A stretch of DNA of 54,505 nucleotides from Octopus bimaculoides (Eukaryota). The translations under genes and the position numbers were made by a program. Positions 50,853 to 54,505 of this stretch are shown here, piece after piece. Under the pieces are notes generated by a model. It had not been told where the DNA came from. It worked only from the letters and a program-made list of their open reading frames with translations, and did no database searches. Every line of letters begins with the position of its first letter. Position 1 is the stretch's first letter. The stretch is taken from contig NC_068984.1 of NCBI RefSeq assembly GCF_001194135.2, positions 52,125,660-52,180,164 on the forward strand, written 5' to 3'.

Positions 50853-51689
50853 NNNNNNNNNNNNNNNNNNNNNNNNNNNNNNNNNNNNNNNNNNNNNNNN
50901 NNNNNNNNNNNNNNNNNNNNNNNNNNNNNNNNNNNNNNNNNNNNNNNNNNNNNNNNNNNNNNNNNNNNNNNNNNNNNNNNNNNNNNNNNNNNNNNNNNNN
51001 NNNNNNNNNNNNNNNNNNNNNNNNNNNNNNNNNNNNNNNNNNNNNNNNNNNNNNNNNNNNNNNNNNNNNNNNNNNNNNNNNNNNNNNNNNNNNNNNNNNN
51101 NNNNNNNNNNNNNNNNNNNNNNNNNNNNNNNNNNNNNNNNNNNNNNNNNNNNNNNNNNNNNNNNNNNNNNNNNNNNNNNNNNNNNNNNNNNNNNNNNNNN
51201 NNNNNNNNNNNNNNNNNNNNNNNNNNNNNNNNNNNNNNNNNNNNNNNNNNNNNNNNNNNNNNNNNNNNNNNNNNNNNNNNNNNNNNNNNNNNNNNNNNNN
51301 NNNNNNNNNNNNNNNNNNNNNNNNNNNNNNNNNNNNNNNNNNNNNNNNNNNNNNNNNNNNNNNNNNNNNNNNNNNNNNNNNNNNNNNNNNNNNNNNNNNN
51401 NNNNNNNNNNNNNNNNNNNNNNNNNNNNNNNNNNNNNNNNNNNNNNNNNNNNNNNNNNNNNNNNNNNNNNNNNNNNNNNNNNNNNNNNNNNNNNNNNNNN
51501 NNNNNNNNNNNNNNNNNNNNNNNNNNNNNNNNNNNNNNNNNNNNNNNNNNNNNNNNNNNNNNNNNNNNNNNNNNNNNNNNNNNNNNNNNNNNNNNNNNNN
51601 NNNNNNNNNNNNNNNNNNNNNNNNNNNNNNNNNNNNCCCTTGGCGAATAAAACAGACAGTAACGTGGGAACGCATATAATAATATTAAA

Positions 51690-52435
51690 GATGATAATCC
51701 TTCCTTACTTTGACACTAGACCAACAATTTTGAGGAGAAGGGAAAGTCGATTTCACCGATCCCAGTACTTGACTGATACTTGTTTTATCGACTCTGGGAG
51801 GGTGAAAACAAAGTTGACTTTGGCAGCATTTGAACTCAAGAACGTAAAGCCGAAAAAAATGCCGCTATGCATTTTGTGCTGTGTGCTAACGTTTCGGCCA
51901 ACTCGCCGCCTTGGTTTTCAAATTTTGGCATAGAGCCAACAGATTTTGAAAAGCGGAGTAAATGGATTACATGTCTGCAGTACTTGACTGGTACTTGTCC
52001 TTTTGATTCCGAAAGGAAGAAAAGAAAAGCAAGGCTGACCATGGCGACATTTGAACTGGAGTATACAGCTGAAAGAAATGCCAATAAACATTTCGTCCGG
52101 CATACTAACGATTCTGCCACCTTGCCGCCTGAGTAATGATAATAACAATCCTTTCTACTATCGGCACAAAAACTGAAATTTCGTGGGATGGGGCTAGTGG
52201 ATTACATCAATCTCATTGCTCAACTGGTACATATTTCATCGACCCCGAACGGATGAAAGGCAAAAGAAGAACGTAAAGACATGGTAACGATTCTGCCAGC
52301 TCGCTGCCTTCAATATAGTAATAATATTGATTTCAAATTTTGGCACAAGGTCATTAATTTCGGGCAAGGGCTAAGTCGGTTACATCAACCCTAATTTTGC
52401 CCGGCGTGCTAACGATTCTACCAGTTCGTTGCCTT
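51690..52435 (-). mobile_element. Head-to-tail array of four family-A SINE copies
   Basis: Heads ending at about 51910, 52129, 52308 and 52433; the two right-hand copies have internal deletions. Confidence 0.85.
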
Positions 52436-53029
52436 CAATAATAACATTATTTTTTGTGTCTGGTAGTCACTATTCAGGAATAGCATAAACACATCAACTT
52501 AAAGTTATTTACATACATAACGCGACTTCAGCCTGCTTAATACATATTTTCTAAGGGAGAATTATTCAATTTTGACCAGATTTTATCATGATACTGCAAG
52601 AGTAGAATTATTATAAAGAAATTTAGCATTTTCGTCGGGTGCGCAATACTCATCAAGTACACTCAACATGTATATCCTTACTGTTCCGATAGACGTGGAA
52701 GAACTTAATGTAAATTAATACTCTCAAGGAGTCTTAAAGGAACACGGTTTAAGTTCTTCTAAAATTGAGAAACAGACAATTTACTCACTTACATATCTAT
52801 GGCTCTTTTGCTGCTGACTTTCTGTCTCAGCACATTTTAACTCTAACAAAAGTTCCTATGCCTATGTTGCTATTTCTCTCGTGACACAAAAGAGGAGTGG
52901 CTTCCTTTCTGTCTGCCTGTCCGTTCGTCAACCTGTCTGTCTGTTTCTCTCTCTTTCTCTCTCTCTCTCTTTCTCTCTCCCTTTCTCTCTCCTTCTCTCA
53001 CTCTCTCTACCTCTTTCACTTCCACATAT

Positions 53030-53064
<35 letters not shown>

Positions 53065-53861
53065 TACATACATACATTTGCACACACACAGACACGCACA
53101 CGTACCTACAAACATACACACAAACATGCATACATACATAATACATACATACATGCAAACATGCATACATACATACATACAAACATGCATGCATACATAC
53201 ATACATACATACATACATGCTTATACACGTTACATTTCACATCAGTTTTAAAAAAATAATTTAGTTTATATTTACAAAAAAAAATAAATCTACATAATTT
53301 TCCTCTAGTAATGTAGACGATAAAATATTCATCACTAAACTGTTCCAACAGCTAATGCAATTTAAAGTTCATTTTATGTTACAGTTGTTATTTAGGCCTA
53401 TATCAGCTCTGGTCGAGAAGAGCTGTGAACAAGAGTATTCTGGCGGCAGACATGCTGTCTTTTCACTGATAGTTTATATCATGTTACATTACCGAATGTG
53501 TCCTTCCATCTTTCTCAGTTAGATATGACTTGCGATAATTTCAGTTGTTGTTTTTAGCATGTTGAGAGACCATATAGAGGTTATCTTGTTCACTTGTTAT
53601 TCAAATGTTCTAGTGACTCAAAGTACCCAGCAACATTAACTGGAGTAGCACACTTTTATGTCTTTCATATATATTACGATTTAGGATCTTTTCTGTTTGG
53701 CTGCCAATTTTCAAACTCTTCAATTTCAGTTCCAATTGATTTCATATTCGGTGTAATGATATAGTTTTATATGCTAACCAATGCCTTGAAATTCACTTTC
53801 GCTATAAGTCAATAAATAAAGAGTTATTAACTTTTAAAGCGTGGAAATTTTGGGTAATTTT

Positions 53862-53908
53862 AGCCAATCGTAAGCCACAGATACATTCATGCCTGTTTCC
53901 ATAGTAAC
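53862..53908. promoter_or_regulatory. Candidate NF-Y (CCAAT) plus RFX X-box promoter module
   Basis: AGCCAATCG 53862-53870; GTTTCCATAGTAAC 53895-53908; donor-like AGA|GTATGT at 53943/53944. Confidence 0.45.
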
Positions 53909-54189
53909 AAGCTAAGCATGAGAACTCTTTTGTCTGCGGGAGAGTATGTGTTGACAAATATATTCTATTCATTGAAGTGATGGCGAGATGTGCTAAAAAT
54001 TACAGCTAAATAGGCCTTAAATGACGTACCCACGAATTTTTTATTTTGGTTTTGGTATAATCATATGAATTTCCGAGCATAGAATACAAATTTGTAAAAA
54101 TTTTCTGAAACTTCCAAAAATTGAAAAATTTACGAGGGATTCTATGGCGTGCGTAAAGCAGAATTCCGCCAGTATTCCATTTGTTTAAA

Positions 54190-54401
54190 GGCGGTGAGCT
54201 GGCAGAAACGTTAGCACGCCGGGCGAAATGCTTAGCAGTATTTCGTCTGCCGTTACGTTCTAAGTTCAAATTCCGCCTGGGTCGACTTTGCCTTTCATCC
54301 TTTCGGGGTCGATAAATTAAGTACCAGTTGCGTACTGAGGTCAATCTAATCGACTGCCCCCTCCCCCAAAATTTTGTGCTTTGTGCCTAGAGTAGAAAAG
54401 G
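54190..54401 (+). mobile_element. SINE family A, least diverged copy in the window
   Basis: GGCGGTGAGCTGGCAGAAACGTTAGC...AAGTTCAAATTCC...GGTCGACTTTGCCTTTCATCCTTTCGGGGTCGATAAATTAAGTACCAG. Confidence 0.9.
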
Positions 54402-54505
54402 AAAACAAGAAAAGTATTTCTGCTGTCACACAAAACGACAACTTCCAAATCCTGTTTTTCTGACTTTAAACGTCTATAACTTTTTTTTTTTTAATTCTGG
54501 AAAAA

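Noticed and set aside
51690-52440. CRISPR-like repeat-spacer array
   Set aside because: Units are about 200-bp diverged SINEs in a eukaryotic context; no short identical repeats and no cas genes.

Overview
AT-rich, microsatellite-saturated animal genomic DNA with many N gaps. The SINE repertoire and repeat style point to a coleoid cephalopod (Octopus-like); this is inferred from recognition, not from a search. Most of the window is intron/intergenic sequence filled with decayed mobile elements: an internally deleted Ty3/gypsy element with PPT and 3' LTR; Tx1/L1-, R4/Dong-, CR1- and RTE-type LINE remnants; a Penelope-like RT; mariner and hAT transposase relics; MITE/foldback elements; a Helitron-type 5' end; and about 25 tRNA-derived SINE copies. 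No intact transposon ORF, rRNA, true tRNA or CRISPR array is supportable. One probable host coding exon (coiled-coil, minus strand, 16146-16395) and a candidate RFX/NF-Y promoter (about 53.9 kb) are visible. The most interesting non-obvious signals are: (i) a convergent pair of type I hammerhead ribozyme motifs at 45.98-46.58 kb, one with a complete catalytic core, plus degenerate hammerheads of two other families; (ii) a 3'-terminal motif CCTTGTG-N9-GAAA(CC/GG)-(ATT)n shared by the Tx1-like LINE and the commonest SINE, with a LINE-SINE fusion and head-to-tail SINE arrays; (iii) a 918-bp foldback; (iv) a perfect A-B-A'-B' interleaved complement at 44.2 kb. Element boundaries were read by eye and are approximate unless stated.
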